DNA of 64,000 nucleotides from an uncultured Gammaproteobacteria bacterium (GCA_964651815.1 CAZYWG010000001.1:65189-129188); one strand, 5' to 3'; counted from the first letter of the stretch, positions 36,624 through 46,717 are shown. Translations and numbers: made by a program. The notes: a model not told the origin generated them from the letters alone.

Positions 36624-37625
36624 TTAATAAGCCGGGTTTTTAGGCGTGCCTGCAAGGTATCCGAGGATATTATCCGATGTCGTGTTTAATATCCTCTCAA
36701 GTGCCTCACGACTATTAAAAGCATTGTGAGGAGTTATTACCACATTTGGATTACTAAGCAGCATATGATCTTCAATAACCGTTTTAAGATCCTCATTTGG
36801 CATATCTTTGTGTAGAAGTTCATGTTCTTCCCTAATCATTGATTCTCCCTCAAGAACATCAAGCCCGGCCGCCGCAATTTTCCCACTTTGTAAGTTTTGA
36901 ACTAGTGCATTAGTATCAATGATTGCGCCACGGGCAGTGTTAATTACTATCACACCATTTTTCATTTTAGAAAAAGCATCAACATTTAAGAGATGGTGGG
37001 TCTCTGGATTGTATGGAACATGAATTGTAATTATATCTGACTGACTTAACAATTCGTCCATTGAGACAAACCTAAAACCAAGATCAGTTGCAAGTTTTAG
37101 GTCCGGTGTTCTTTTATATGCTACAACTTCCATTCCTACTCCTTTTGCAATCCGAATTGCGTGAATTCCAATATTCCCTACCCCAACAACTCCCAAAGTC
37201 TTACCAAAAAGATCAAAACCTGTTAGACCAATCGGAGAAAAATTCCCGGTTTTAACTCTCTCAACCGATTCAACCAACCTTCGTGATATAGCAAAAATGA
37301 GTGCGAATGCATGCTCCGCAACCGTATTTTCACCATATGTTGGGACAGTTGAAATAACAATATTTCGCTTCTTACATTCTTCAATATCTATATGATCAAA
37401 TCCAGTTGACATTGTAGCAATGAATTTTAAATTAGGCATCTGGTCTAAAATTTCTTTTGAAATATTTGAATAGATAAAAATTACGATCCCTTCCGAGTCT
37501 TTTGCATCTGCAACATTGTGAACGCTTAAAATTTCTGTACTGAAAGAAAGTTCCAATGTATTCTCAAACTTCTTTTTCAAAAAATCTTTCTCCCAGTCCT
37601 GTAATTCAAAGCAAGAAATCTTCAT
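36624..37625 (-). CDS. D-isomer-specific 2-hydroxyacid dehydrogenase (D-lactate dehydrogenase-like)
   Basis: STGFDHID, VAEHA, GVGNIG, INTARG, GLDVLEGE, ITPHNAF. Confidence 0.9.
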   Translation of the reverse strand: MKISCFELQDWEKDFLKKKFENTLELSFSTEILSVHNVADAKDSEGIVIFIYSNISKEILDQMPNLKFIATMSTGFDHIDIEECKKRNIVISTVPTYGENTVAEHAFALIFAISRRLVESVERVKTGNFSPIGLTGFDLFGKTLGVVGVGNIGIHAIRIAKGVGMEVVAYKRTPDLKLATDLGFRFVSMDELLSQSDIITIHVPYNPETHHLLNVDAFSKMKNGVIVINTARGAIIDTNALVQNLQSGKIAAAGLDVLEGESMIREEHELLHKDMPNEDLKTVIEDHMLLSNPNVVITPHNAFNSREALERILNTTSDNILGYLAGTPKNPAY

Positions 37626-37629
37626 ATAT

Positions 37630-39999
37630 TTATGTTACAACAAATTCTCCTGTACTATCAACCGACAGCATGACTTCTGATCCTTTATTTACTTCACCTC
37701 CAAGGATTTTCTTTGAAAGAAAGCTTTCAATACTATCTTCAATATATCGCCTGATGTTGCGAGCACCAAACTCAGGGTTATATGCGTCTTCGGCGATTTT
37801 TGAGGTAACAGTCTCATCAAAGCTTATTTTTATTTGGTGGTCCTCTAAAAGCTTCTTAAAAGACTCTCCAAGCATTAATTGTGCAATTTGCTTCACCTCA
37901 TCTTGAGTAAGGAAACGGAAAACTATAACATCATCAAAGCGGTTTACTAACTCAGGACTAAACAAATTGTTACGAAGCAAATAGTCAACGAGTTCTTTTT
38001 TGGTTACGTTTTGCGAATTCTGCTCTTTTTCACGCAGAAGTTCTGTTCCGGCGTTTGATGTAGCAATAATAATTGCGTTTTTAAATGAAACCTTTTTACC
38101 ATGGTTGTTTGTGAGAAAACCCTCATCAAAAACCTGAAGGAAAATGTTGAGGAGAGATGGGTTTGCCTTTTCAAATTCATCAAGAAGTACTAAAGAAAAT
38201 GGCTGCTTTTCAATCAATTCCGGTAGGGTGTTTGCGACATATTCTTGACCAGTTTTAGAACCGAGAATTTTATCTATCTTGTCCTGCGTTTGATACTCAC
38301 TCATATCAAGCCTGATCATTGCACCTTCCCGGCCAAAATATTCTTCAGCAAGCGCCTTTGCGGTCTCCGTTTTCCCAACTCCTGTTGGCCCCAAAAATAA
38401 AAATACAGAAATTGGTCGATTTTTTTCTTCAAAACCTGAGCGTGCTCGCCTCATCGCATCCGAAATGGCACCAACAGCCTGTTCTTGCCCAACGACTCTC
38501 TGGTGAATTTTTTCCTCCAAGTGAATTAATAACTCTTTTTCTTTTTCATTAGGTTCTGCAAGCGCAATATTTGTCTTCTCTTCAACAAATTTTATAACGT
38601 CGCTCCCATCAATTACTTTTTTTCTTCCAACTTCAGCAAACGACGCAACTCCTTCCAAAAGATTCAATGCTCGGCCCGGATAAAATTCTTCTGGAAAATA
38701 AGTGGGGGATAGAATAACCGACTCTTTAAGTGCTGAATATTTTATTTGAATTCCGTATTGCGCTTCAATTTCTCGTGCTTTTTCTGTCAACAGAAGCATT
38801 ACTTTACCGCTTTCAGGTTCTTCAATTTCCACTTTTTCAAATAAATTTAAAACGCTAGTTTTTGGCTCTATGAAATTAGCATACCCTTGAGGTGTTGTTG
38901 TACCTATTATTTTTATACTATCACTTGCTAAGTATTCTTCAATTACCCCAGTAATATCAAACCCAAGTCCTCCGCCCCCAAAAATATTCTCAATATTTCT
39001 AATAAAAATTATCGCGTTTCCCGAATATGAAATTTCAGAAAGGACAGCAGATAGCCTCATTTCCAAATCCCCAGCGCCCGTTACTCCGGAAAGAATTCTA
39101 TCTGCGTATAATTCATAAACCTGCTTTTTGAAAAGTGCAGGAGGCGTTTGTTTCATAAATGAAGAATACGCAAAATATTCTACTAGAGATTCTTTTCCTA
39201 CTCCAGCCTCACCCACTACTATAACATTTGAGGACTTATGTTTTGACAAACCTACAACTAATTCTTTGTATGCCTTTTCTGCACCAATAATATTCGGGGG
39301 GAAACGTTTTGATAAAACTTCCCATGTTAAATCTTTAGAATATTTTTTTAGTTCATAATTCCACCCATAAATTAAGTTGTCAAAAACTCCGCCCCCAATA
39401 AATCTTAACTGTTCATTTTCAAATACGTCAGGAGAGAACTTCCTTCGAGTCCAATATAAAATGTTAATTACGTCATCATTAGTCAGCTTGTTCGCTTGCA
39501 TAAAATGAGTTTCTTCCTCAGTAAGCAATATATACGCTGCATATAAATCTACTTCAGTTATATATTGACCTTTTATCCATACACATAATTCTTGCGCTTG
39601 TTTTAATAAGTCTTCTATATTAATTTTAGAAGTTTTTATTTCTAAACTGTCTAGTTTTCCTGAAAAGAATTTAACATCTCTTCCCCTTTCTATTTTTTTA
39701 ACAACTTCAAACCCGTTGTTTGATTCCTGTAAAGTTTTTCTTGCTGAAAAGACAGTTGATAATAATGGGTTTACAATATTTTTTGAAACTTTATTCTCTG
39801 GGTGAATTTTATTCAAACTTTCTAAAAATAATTCATTTATAACTACGAAAGAAAAAATTGAGAGTGGGACTACAACGTCCAAATGGCTACTATAACGAAA
39901 GTAAACAAAAATAATCGAGACTACAAATAAGGCACCTCTTACAATTTTTGCTGCAACAGAATTTGTTATTTTATAAATTTCAAAATATCTATCTTTCAT
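37630..39999 (-). CDS. Membrane-anchored Clp/Hsp100-family AAA+ ATPase
   Basis: Two N-terminal TM segments. NBD1 GEAGVGK with degenerate Walker B (IIFIRNIE). NBD2 GPTGVGKT, RLDMSEY, LLDEFEKA, PELVNRFD, FGARNIRR. Confidence 0.85.
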   Translation of the reverse strand: MKDRYFEIYKITNSVAAKIVRGALFVVSIIFVYFRYSSHLDVVVPLSIFSFVVINELFLESLNKIHPENKVSKNIVNPLLSTVFSARKTLQESNNGFEVVKKIERGRDVKFFSGKLDSLEIKTSKINIEDLLKQAQELCVWIKGQYITEVDLYAAYILLTEEETHFMQANKLTNDDVINILYWTRRKFSPDVFENEQLRFIGGGVFDNLIYGWNYELKKYSKDLTWEVLSKRFPPNIIGAEKAYKELVVGLSKHKSSNVIVVGEAGVGKESLVEYFAYSSFMKQTPPALFKKQVYELYADRILSGVTGAGDLEMRLSAVLSEISYSGNAIIFIRNIENIFGGGGLGFDITGVIEEYLASDSIKIIGTTTPQGYANFIEPKTSVLNLFEKVEIEEPESGKVMLLLTEKAREIEAQYGIQIKYSALKESVILSPTYFPEEFYPGRALNLLEGVASFAEVGRKKVIDGSDVIKFVEEKTNIALAEPNEKEKELLIHLEEKIHQRVVGQEQAVGAISDAMRRARSGFEEKNRPISVFLFLGPTGVGKTETAKALAEEYFGREGAMIRLDMSEYQTQDKIDKILGSKTGQEYVANTLPELIEKQPFSLVLLDEFEKANPSLLNIFLQVFDEGFLTNNHGKKVSFKNAIIIATSNAGTELLREKEQNSQNVTKKELVDYLLRNNLFSPELVNRFDDVIVFRFLTQDEVKQIAQLMLGESFKKLLEDHQIKISFDETVTSKIAEDAYNPEFGARNIRRYIEDSIESFLSKKILGGEVNKGSEVMLSVDSTGEFVVT

Positions 40000-40003
40000 A
40001 CAT

Positions 40004-40396
40004 TTATTTGATCATTAATCCAACAAGATTTGGCTGTGTAATAATGAACTCAATAAGGATCAGCGGCAAAAATAAAACTAACAAATCTGCTCCAACTAAA
40101 AAAATTAATACTATTAAAACCACTAAAAGATCTGCGAGTAAAATTAATGACTTAACAACAATTCCCATTATGATTGAGAAGACAACCAACCCTTCTCTGT
40201 ACTCATTTTTTAATGGCTTGAAGAATGTAGAAAGAAGTAAAGAAACAGAGAGTAAATCAAGAACGTAAAGTAAAATTTCATAAGATTTAACAACCGTTGA
40301 GGGTAAAAAATCTCGATACCAAAACACCACCAAAAAATAAGGATAGAGCAGAATCCCCATATATTTAAGTGTAGGGATTTTTAGGTTCGAAAGCAA
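40004..40396 (-). CDS. Small membrane protein coupled to the membrane-anchored Clp
   Basis: Hydrophobic; FWY, LLLSTFFKPLK; ends 4 nt before the Clp start. Confidence 0.7.
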   Translation of the reverse strand: MLSNLKIPTLKYMGILLYPYFLVVFWYRDFLPSTVVKSYEILLYVLDLLSVSLLLSTFFKPLKNEYREGLVVFSIIMGIVVKSLILLADLLVVLIVLIFLVGADLLVLFLPLILIEFIITQPNLVGLMIK

Positions 40397-40464
40397 GAGA
40401 ATGGGTGTATCACAAATAGCTTTTTAATTTGACTTTTTCCTTATCAGATGGTAGTCTTTTTACG

Positions 40465-40869
40465 ATGGCAAAAATACTCATTGTAGAAGATGAAGAAGCT
40501 CTACGAAATCTTTATGTAGACACTCTCCAGGCAGAAGGCCATGAAATAGATACTGCAGAAGACGGCGAAATTGCGTTTGAAAAAATAAAGCAAGGAGGTT
40601 GGGATTTAGTACTGCTTGATATAATTCTTCCAAAGATGAACGGGATAGATGTAATGGAGCAAATCTCGCAAAATCATCCCGTAAGTCAAAATAAATGCAT
40701 ACTATTTTTAACAAACATAGAACAAGGCGAGGAAATAAAAAAAGCTCTTCAATTTGGAAGTGGTTATCTTATAAAAAGCCAGATCACGCCGGGGGATTTG
40801 GTTCATGAGGTAAATCTTTATTTAAAGGGGGCTCAGGGCTCAAAACAGCAGGAGCAGAAACAGGACTAA
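40465..40869 (+). CDS. Single-domain response regulator (receiver)
   Basis: KILIVEDE, DLVLLDIILPKMNG, FLTN, YLIKS. Promoter TTGACT-N17-TAGTCT lies 7 nt before the ATG. Confidence 0.9.
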   Translation: MAKILIVEDEEALRNLYVDTLQAEGHEIDTAEDGEIAFEKIKQGGWDLVLLDIILPKMNGIDVMEQISQNHPVSQNKCILFLTNIEQGEEIKKALQFGSGYLIKSQITPGDLVHEVNLYLKGAQGSKQQEQKQD

Positions 40870-42337
40870 TAGCGTCCTTTGTAACATTCACAGGTTGAGA
40901 ATTAACATCAATTAACGGCAGAGTGAATTTAAATATTGAGCCTTTTCCCTCCCCTTCTGATTCAGCCCAAATTTTTCCTCCGTGCATTTCAATTAGAGAT
41001 TTTGATAGATAAAGTCCGAGCCCTGTCCCTTGCCCCTTTTCTTTAGTCAAATGAGTATCGCCTATCATACTGAATTTTTGGAAAAGCTTCCCAATATCGT
41101 TTGCGCTCATTCCGCGACCATTGTCAGTTACACTTATTTGCACAAATCCATTTGTGTCTTGAGCAACTACTACATTAATCTCTCCTCCGCGTGGAGTAAA
41201 TTTCAATGAATTTCCAATCAGGTTAATAATTACCTGACTAATTCGCTCCGCATCCGCATTTACATTGACAGGCGCATTAGGCTTGTTATATTCAATCTTG
41301 ATTCCAAGTTCATCCCCTCGAGATTGCATTTGAGAGACAAGATCCTGTATAAGATTTACTATGTCAAGAGGTTTTTTTTCTATTGTGAGTCTGCCCGATT
41401 CAATTCTTGAAATATTCAACATATCATTAACTAAGTTAATAAGTCTTTCAGTTGATGCATAAACAGTCTTGAGATAATCTCCTTGTTTTTCTGAAACTTC
41501 ACCAACTTTTCCGTTGAGAATTAACCATATGTACGACTTAATAATAGTCATGGGAGTACGGAGTTCATGTGATGCCAAAGAGACGAACTCATCTTTAAGC
41601 TTATCAAGCCCCTTCAAACGCTCATTTGCTACTCTTAATTGCGCAGTCGTATCAGTCAATCTTTGGAATAACAATGCATTATCAAGAGCTATTCCAGCTG
41701 CACCAACAAAACTGTCTAGAATTGACCATTCTTCATCAGATATTTTACCCTGCTCTTTACTAAGGCTGAAAATCAATGTACCCAACATCTTATCTTTTGC
41801 AACTATTGGATATACAATACTCGTTTTAATTCCTAAAGTTATTTGAAAGTTCTCAACCCATTCTCTGTCTATTGCAGGATATAAAACATCTGAAACATTT
41901 TTGGTCACAAACATTTTCTTTTCATTTATTGCTTTTACTGAAAGGTTATCGCTTGCTGAAAAGGGTATGAATATTTCCTCAAATGGAATTGGAGATGCCG
42001 TAAGAAATTTTCCAGCGGCCTCGGTTTTTGAAATTGCTATCCTTCTTAAACCTCCTCGTTTTTCGTCTAATAATGACAACACAATAACTTCATAGCCATA
42101 ATTTACGTATCCAAGCTCACTTAAAATAATATTTACCACCTTTTCAGTTGCCACTTCAAAAACCACCGTTTCAAGTACGGCCTTTTCAATTTTCCAAATA
42201 GATTCAAATATGCTTTTAAACTTGGCATTACTTGCAGTAACAAAAACTACTTTTTTTCTAAGGAGAACAAGCGCGGCAATAATAACCAGTACTGAAACTG
42301 AAAGTGAAAAAAGAATAACAAACTCTGAAATGGGCAT
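40784..42337 (-). CDS. GAF-domain sensor histidine kinase
   Basis: N-terminal TM, GAF, ASHELRTP, NLIGNSLKF, DNGRG, GTGLGL. Confidence 0.92.
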   Translation of the reverse strand: MPISEFVILFSLSVSVLVIIAALVLLRKKVVFVTASNAKFKSIFESIWKIEKAVLETVVFEVATEKVVNIILSELGYVNYGYEVIVLSLLDEKRGGLRRIAISKTEAAGKFLTASPIPFEEIFIPFSASDNLSVKAINEKKMFVTKNVSDVLYPAIDREWVENFQITLGIKTSIVYPIVAKDKMLGTLIFSLSKEQGKISDEEWSILDSFVGAAGIALDNALLFQRLTDTTAQLRVANERLKGLDKLKDEFVSLASHELRTPMTIIKSYIWLILNGKVGEVSEKQGDYLKTVYASTERLINLVNDMLNISRIESGRLTIEKKPLDIVNLIQDLVSQMQSRGDELGIKIEYNKPNAPVNVNADAERISQVIINLIGNSLKFTPRGGEINVVVAQDTNGFVQISVTDNGRGMSANDIGKLFQKFSMIGDTHLTKEKGQGTGLGLYLSKSLIEMHGGKIWAESEGEGKGSIFKFTLPLIDVNSQPVNVTKDAISPVSAPAVLSPEPPLNKDLPHEPNPPA

Positions 42338-42379
42338 TATTATAAGTATAACATGGGGAAAAAATAGTACGAAACGGAG

Positions 42380-43633
42380 TTATTTGATATAAACAGAATT
42401 TCTTCCAAGTATGCCTTTGACTTCAGCTTCCGAAAGCAACCCCCAGTTGTTTTTAGCAACGTCGAGTATTTCCATTGCTCTTTCTTCAGATATATTTTTT
42501 ATGCCAATTTCTTCACAATATGCGTAGACGTTAGAAAGTCCACTCATGGGACCAATTCTTACGTGTGGTATTAATCCAACATCTTCAGGTCTATAGGGAA
42601 AATAAATTGGAGGCAAATTTTCTCCTTGTCTTACTTTCTCGTATGTACTTGCATGAACACCAGACGCGGTTTCTGTTGATCTTTCACCAACAATCGCCTC
42701 GTGGGAAAGAATTGGAACAGAAAGAATTTCTGCTGCCATTTTGGCGAATTTTTGCATTTGAGGAGTATCAACTTCTCTAAGACCTTGAAGGTTAAGAACA
42801 ACAAGTAGCTGCTCTAATTCAACATTTCCGGCTCTTTCCCCAATCCCTCTTGACGTCGCATGAAGACGATCAATTCCCTCCATGGCTGCAACTATACAAT
42901 TCGCTATACCCATTTTTAGATCGTCGTGTTCGTGAAAATCAAATTTAATACTCGGGTATTTATTTCCTATTTGTTCAAAAGCAAATCTGAATATATTCGA
43001 AGTACCTGCTGGCGTTAATACACCCGTTGTATCAGCAATCGCAATTCTATCTACCCCTTCATCTGCAGCTATTTTACATACTTCAAATAATTCTTCTGGT
43101 GAAGTAACGCTCGCTCGCTCAGGGACAAACATAACTGGCAACCCTTCTCTTTTTGCTATAGCAATATTTTCTTTTAATTGCTTGAGTTTTTCATCACGAT
43201 CCCAGTGCTCAACTGTTGAACGAAGCGAACTTGCATCAAGAAACAGATCCGCTTCTATTCTTTCACCAGTTTTATCAGCGACCTCCATAATTGCCCTTAT
43301 ATCATCAGGTGCAGCACCTCTTCCAGCGGCACTAAAGCTTATGTTTAAGGCTTGAGTTCTTGAAAAATTAATCAAACTCACAATTTCATCTCTATGCATG
43401 GGACCACTTGCTGGAAATCCAATATCAAGATGATCAATATACCCAAGTTTTGCGGCTGTTTTTATATAATGTGCTTTTTGCTCAGTTGTTGGATGATGTG
43501 CAACTTGTGTTCCCTGCATTCCATCACGTAAAGTCTCGTCATCAATCTGAACAGATTGACGGGGAGTCCGCAATGGAGCCTCGGAACCATTATGTATATT
43601 CCAATTATAATTTCCTTGAATTTCTTTAGGCAT
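42380..43633 (-). CDS. LeuA/homocitrate-synthase-like DRE-TIM acyltransferase, no regulatory domain
   Basis: DETLRDGMQ, IGFPASG, IADTTG, FHEHDD, GIGERAGN, SGVHA. Start at MPKE. Confidence 0.85.
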   Translation of the reverse strand: MPKEIQGNYNWNIHNGSEAPLRTPRQSVQIDDETLRDGMQGTQVAHHPTTEQKAHYIKTAAKLGYIDHLDIGFPASGPMHRDEIVSLINFSRTQALNISFSAAGRGAAPDDIRAIMEVADKTGERIEADLFLDASSLRSTVEHWDRDEKLKQLKENIAIAKREGLPVMFVPERASVTSPEELFEVCKIAADEGVDRIAIADTTGVLTPAGTSNIFRFAFEQIGNKYPSIKFDFHEHDDLKMGIANCIVAAMEGIDRLHATSRGIGERAGNVELEQLLVVLNLQGLREVDTPQMQKFAKMAAEILSVPILSHEAIVGERSTETASGVHASTYEKVRQGENLPPIYFPYRPEDVGLIPHVRIGPMSGLSNVYAYCEEIGIKNISEERAMEILDVAKNNWGLLSEAEVKGILGRNSVYIK

Positions 43634-43707
43634 GGTAACAATTATATTATATTTGAACCTAAAACAAAAATTTGCTTTACACATTTATCTATCCTATAAT
43701 GCAAAAT

Positions 43708-45660
43708 GTGACCGAGAATTCAACTCCTTTTGAAGGGAAACAGGGCAAAGAGACTATCAGCGCCGGACGCGTTCTTTATCTGACTCTCGATCCCGATCTT
43801 ATCCGCCATCAACTCACAGGAGGACAACTTATGAATGTGCCTGAAGATATGCTTCTGGATAGCATTTCAACAGATGAAATAATTCCAAATAGAGCATGTC
43901 TTTCCTGGACTGGTAAAGAAGAGGGACATCTTGGTAGGTTTTTGTTAACAGGCCTTCGGGGAGGAGCGATAAAACCTGGTGAAATTGCAGCAGGTAACTT
44001 TCAGACGGTTGTTGCCGGTCCTTCTTTTGCAAGAGGTTCTTCAAGAATTCATGCCCCTCTGGCTTTTCAGGATGCAGGAGTAAATTTAATAATTGCACCT
44101 GCTGAAAGGATTTTTTCCGAAAATTGTACTAATTTACGAATTCATTTACTTGATCCGCAAAGTAATCAAGGAAAAAGGTTGCTAAATGGAGAGTCTATCC
44201 CAGACGAAGAACTCTTGGGACTTATGTCAGAGCAATCTGCAAATGTTATGAGAAGCGGAAGCTTGCTGGCTTATTTAGATGCTGTCGAAGAGGGAAAAAT
44301 AAGTGTACCGGAAATAAAAACCGAATCGCGTCCAATGACTGCTGTTGAGAAGATAATTGCAAGAAAGGCACTAACTTCTGGCCGAACTGTTGGAGTAAAA
44401 GCAGTTAAACCTGGCGACGAGGTTGTTGCTATTCCAGATCTTTATTATGGTTACGAACTCCAAACCAATGCTACAATCAAAGCGTTAAGAGAACAATTCG
44501 GTGATGAAACAAAGGTTAGACAACCTGATAAGATATTTCTTTATAATGATCACACCGCACTTTTAACCGATGATGCAACCGCAACTTTGAGACGTGAACA
44601 GACAAAATTCGCGTCACCATTAAATATTACTGTCTATGAGGCAAATCCAATAAGCGGCGCACCAGCGATTTGTCATACGGATATGCTTGAACACCATGCT
44701 CTTCCAGGACAATTAGTTTTGGGTAACGATTCGCATACTGATACGTTGGGAGTTCTAAATAATCTTGCAGTGGGAAAAGGCGCGATAGATCTTGCGGGTG
44801 CAATTGCTTACGACAAAATGATTATAACTGTCCCTGAAACAATTCGGATAAATTTAACTGGTAACCTGCCGGAAGGAATTACTTTGAAAGACTTTATGAT
44901 GCAATTCGGAGCGCGTGCGGAACTTAAAACAGAGGGTGATCGTCTAGGATTTGGAAGCGGAAAAGTTTTTGAATTTGGTGGTGATGCGCTTGATACAATT
45001 CCCGTTGAAGAACAGATGAAACTTTCAAATATGTCTATAGAACTACAAGGTTTCACCGGGATTCTTGAACCCAATAGACAAATAATTGCCTTCCTTAAAG
45101 AAAAAAGGGGAATGACTGAAGATGAAATTGGTGCACTTTTTGTAGGTAGCGACAAAGATGCAGATTACTCGCGTGTATATGATATAGATTTATCAACAGT
45201 CGAAACAACAGTTGCAGAACCAGGAGATACACAGAACGGAAAACCATTATCTGAAATTAGGGAGCAGAATATTCCGGTTGATAAAGCATATATTGGATCT
45301 TGTACCCATGGAACCGTTGAGGATTTAAGGCAGGCAGCCGAAGTTTTGAGAGGACGAAAAATTGCTAACGGAGTTAAACTTTATGTGCAAGCAAGCTCCA
45401 TTGAAAATCTACATGAAGCAACGCGGCTTGGTTACATGCAGGAGTTGGCAGAAGCAGGTGCAGAAGTACTTATGATAGGTTGTGGCGCTTGCATGAATGC
45501 GGGTCCGGGATCTGTAGAGGAAGGGGAAGTTGGAATTTTTGCTACTAATAGAAACTTCCCGGGGAGGACAGGACGAGGCAGGACTTATTTATCGAATCCT
45601 GCAGTTGCTGCGGCGAGCGCCGTGAAAGGAGTTATCTGCGGACCGGAAGATATAAATTAA
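43708..45660 (+). CDS. Fused LeuD-LeuC (isopropylmalate/homoaconitate dehydratase-like, aconitase family)
   Basis: N-terminal swivel domain (DSISTDEI, FARGSSR.HAP) then large domain (DH, GNDSHT, IGSCT, GCGAC, TNRNFPGR). Start is ATG 43699 or GTG 43708; the promoter TTGCTT-N17-TATAAT favours 43708. Confidence 0.88.
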   Translation: MTENSTPFEGKQGKETISAGRVLYLTLDPDLIRHQLTGGQLMNVPEDMLLDSISTDEIIPNRACLSWTGKEEGHLGRFLLTGLRGGAIKPGEIAAGNFQTVVAGPSFARGSSRIHAPLAFQDAGVNLIIAPAERIFSENCTNLRIHLLDPQSNQGKRLLNGESIPDEELLGLMSEQSANVMRSGSLLAYLDAVEEGKISVPEIKTESRPMTAVEKIIARKALTSGRTVGVKAVKPGDEVVAIPDLYYGYELQTNATIKALREQFGDETKVRQPDKIFLYNDHTALLTDDATATLRREQTKFASPLNITVYEANPISGAPAICHTDMLEHHALPGQLVLGNDSHTDTLGVLNNLAVGKGAIDLAGAIAYDKMIITVPETIRINLTGNLPEGITLKDFMMQFGARAELKTEGDRLGFGSGKVFEFGGDALDTIPVEEQMKLSNMSIELQGFTGILEPNRQIIAFLKEKRGMTEDEIGALFVGSDKDADYSRVYDIDLSTVETTVAEPGDTQNGKPLSEIREQNIPVDKAYIGSCTHGTVEDLRQAAEVLRGRKIANGVKLYVQASSIENLHEATRLGYMQELAEAGAEVLMIGCGACMNAGPGSVEEGEVGIFATNRNFPGRTGRGRTYLSNPAVAAASAVKGVICGPEDIN

Positions 45661-46655
45661 CGTGAGGCTTCCATTTTATACCAATCCTCATACCTTTCAA
45701 TGCGGTTAAGCACTAAATCCACCTTTACATCAGTTACCATATTGTTAAGATCATCATAGGGCGTAAGACTTGACGCATGTCTTAAATCCGCATCATCATA
45801 TACCACTTCTTTCCCGAAGTATTTCGAAATTTTTTGCGGCGAGAGAGATCCGATTCTTACCATGCGAGGCGGGTCTTCTATAAAAGATATTTGCGTATGG
45901 GATCTTCCAATCTGTGCAGCTTCCGCAATTTCGTCAAGTATTACAAAATCTACAAGCTCCTGCCACTCCGGATGATTAACCATTTCACGATCTCTTAGTT
46001 GAGAGGTTGTATAACATGGCTCCTGTTGGTGTATATTAAGCGAACCTCCACCCATAACTCCATGCTTTACTTTTTTCCGGAGTTGCTCTGCAAGTTTTTC
46101 ATACCCCCAATGTCCCGGAATCCAAAAAAATGCTGTGGTTTTATCTTGCTGCTTAACAAGTCCTTGATCAATTATCCCTGTGTCTTTTATTGGTAGAATA
46201 GCGTGCATCGGTCCCGGGTACAAGGCGAGTCGTGCTCCTGGCCAACGTAAATTCTTAAAAGATGGGGGCAAGCGATCAATATCTATAAAGTCACGGATAT
46301 TTTCAGGATCTGCAAATGCCAGTAAATTTTGAATTCTGTCTCTTTGCTTTATATCATCAAGGATTTTATCGTGATCTGTGCCGTCTGGTTGCCAATCCGG
46401 AGCATTACGAACTTCAGCAACTCCAAAATTTCCCATCATATAAAGAGCACACGTTTGACCTAACGCAAGACGCCTTGCTATATCATCATGATGCTCTGGA
46501 TTCCAAATAGAATATGTATCTATTGATACTGGTCCTTTTTTTGGATGAGTAAAATTCCATGGGACTTTATTCCATTGAATTGAAACGCCTTCAAACACTT
46601 TTATTTCAGGCGCTACACTTTCCTTACGAACCGGCGGCAAACCTTCTGTTGACAT
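45657..46655 (-). CDS. Divergent YrdC/Sua5 (TsaC)-fold protein
   Basis: Motif order NFGV, IKQR (KxR), YPGP, GSLNIHQQEP (TSAN.SG-like), SHTQI, RMVRIGSL (R.G) matches the YrdC fold. Confidence 0.6.
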   Translation of the reverse strand: MSTEGLPPVRKESVAPEIKVFEGVSIQWNKVPWNFTHPKKGPVSIDTYSIWNPEHHDDIARRLALGQTCALYMMGNFGVAEVRNAPDWQPDGTDHDKILDDIKQRDRIQNLLAFADPENIRDFIDIDRLPPSFKNLRWPGARLALYPGPMHAILPIKDTGIIDQGLVKQQDKTTAFFWIPGHWGYEKLAEQLRKKVKHGVMGGGSLNIHQQEPCYTTSQLRDREMVNHPEWQELVDFVILDEIAEAAQIGRSHTQISFIEDPPRMVRIGSLSPQKISKYFGKEVVYDDADLRHASSLTPYDDLNNMVTDVKVDLVLNRIERYEDWYKMEASR

Positions 46656-46717
46656 AGTAATTTAGACTGAATATGCAAGCTATTTACAAATCCTATAATA
46701 TTTTGTACAATCCTACC

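Noticed and set aside
42380-45660. Assigning leuA/leuC/leuD symbols (plain leucine biosynthesis)
   Set aside because: No leuB or ilv genes in the window, and the motifs are divergent; substrate cannot be fixed from sequence.
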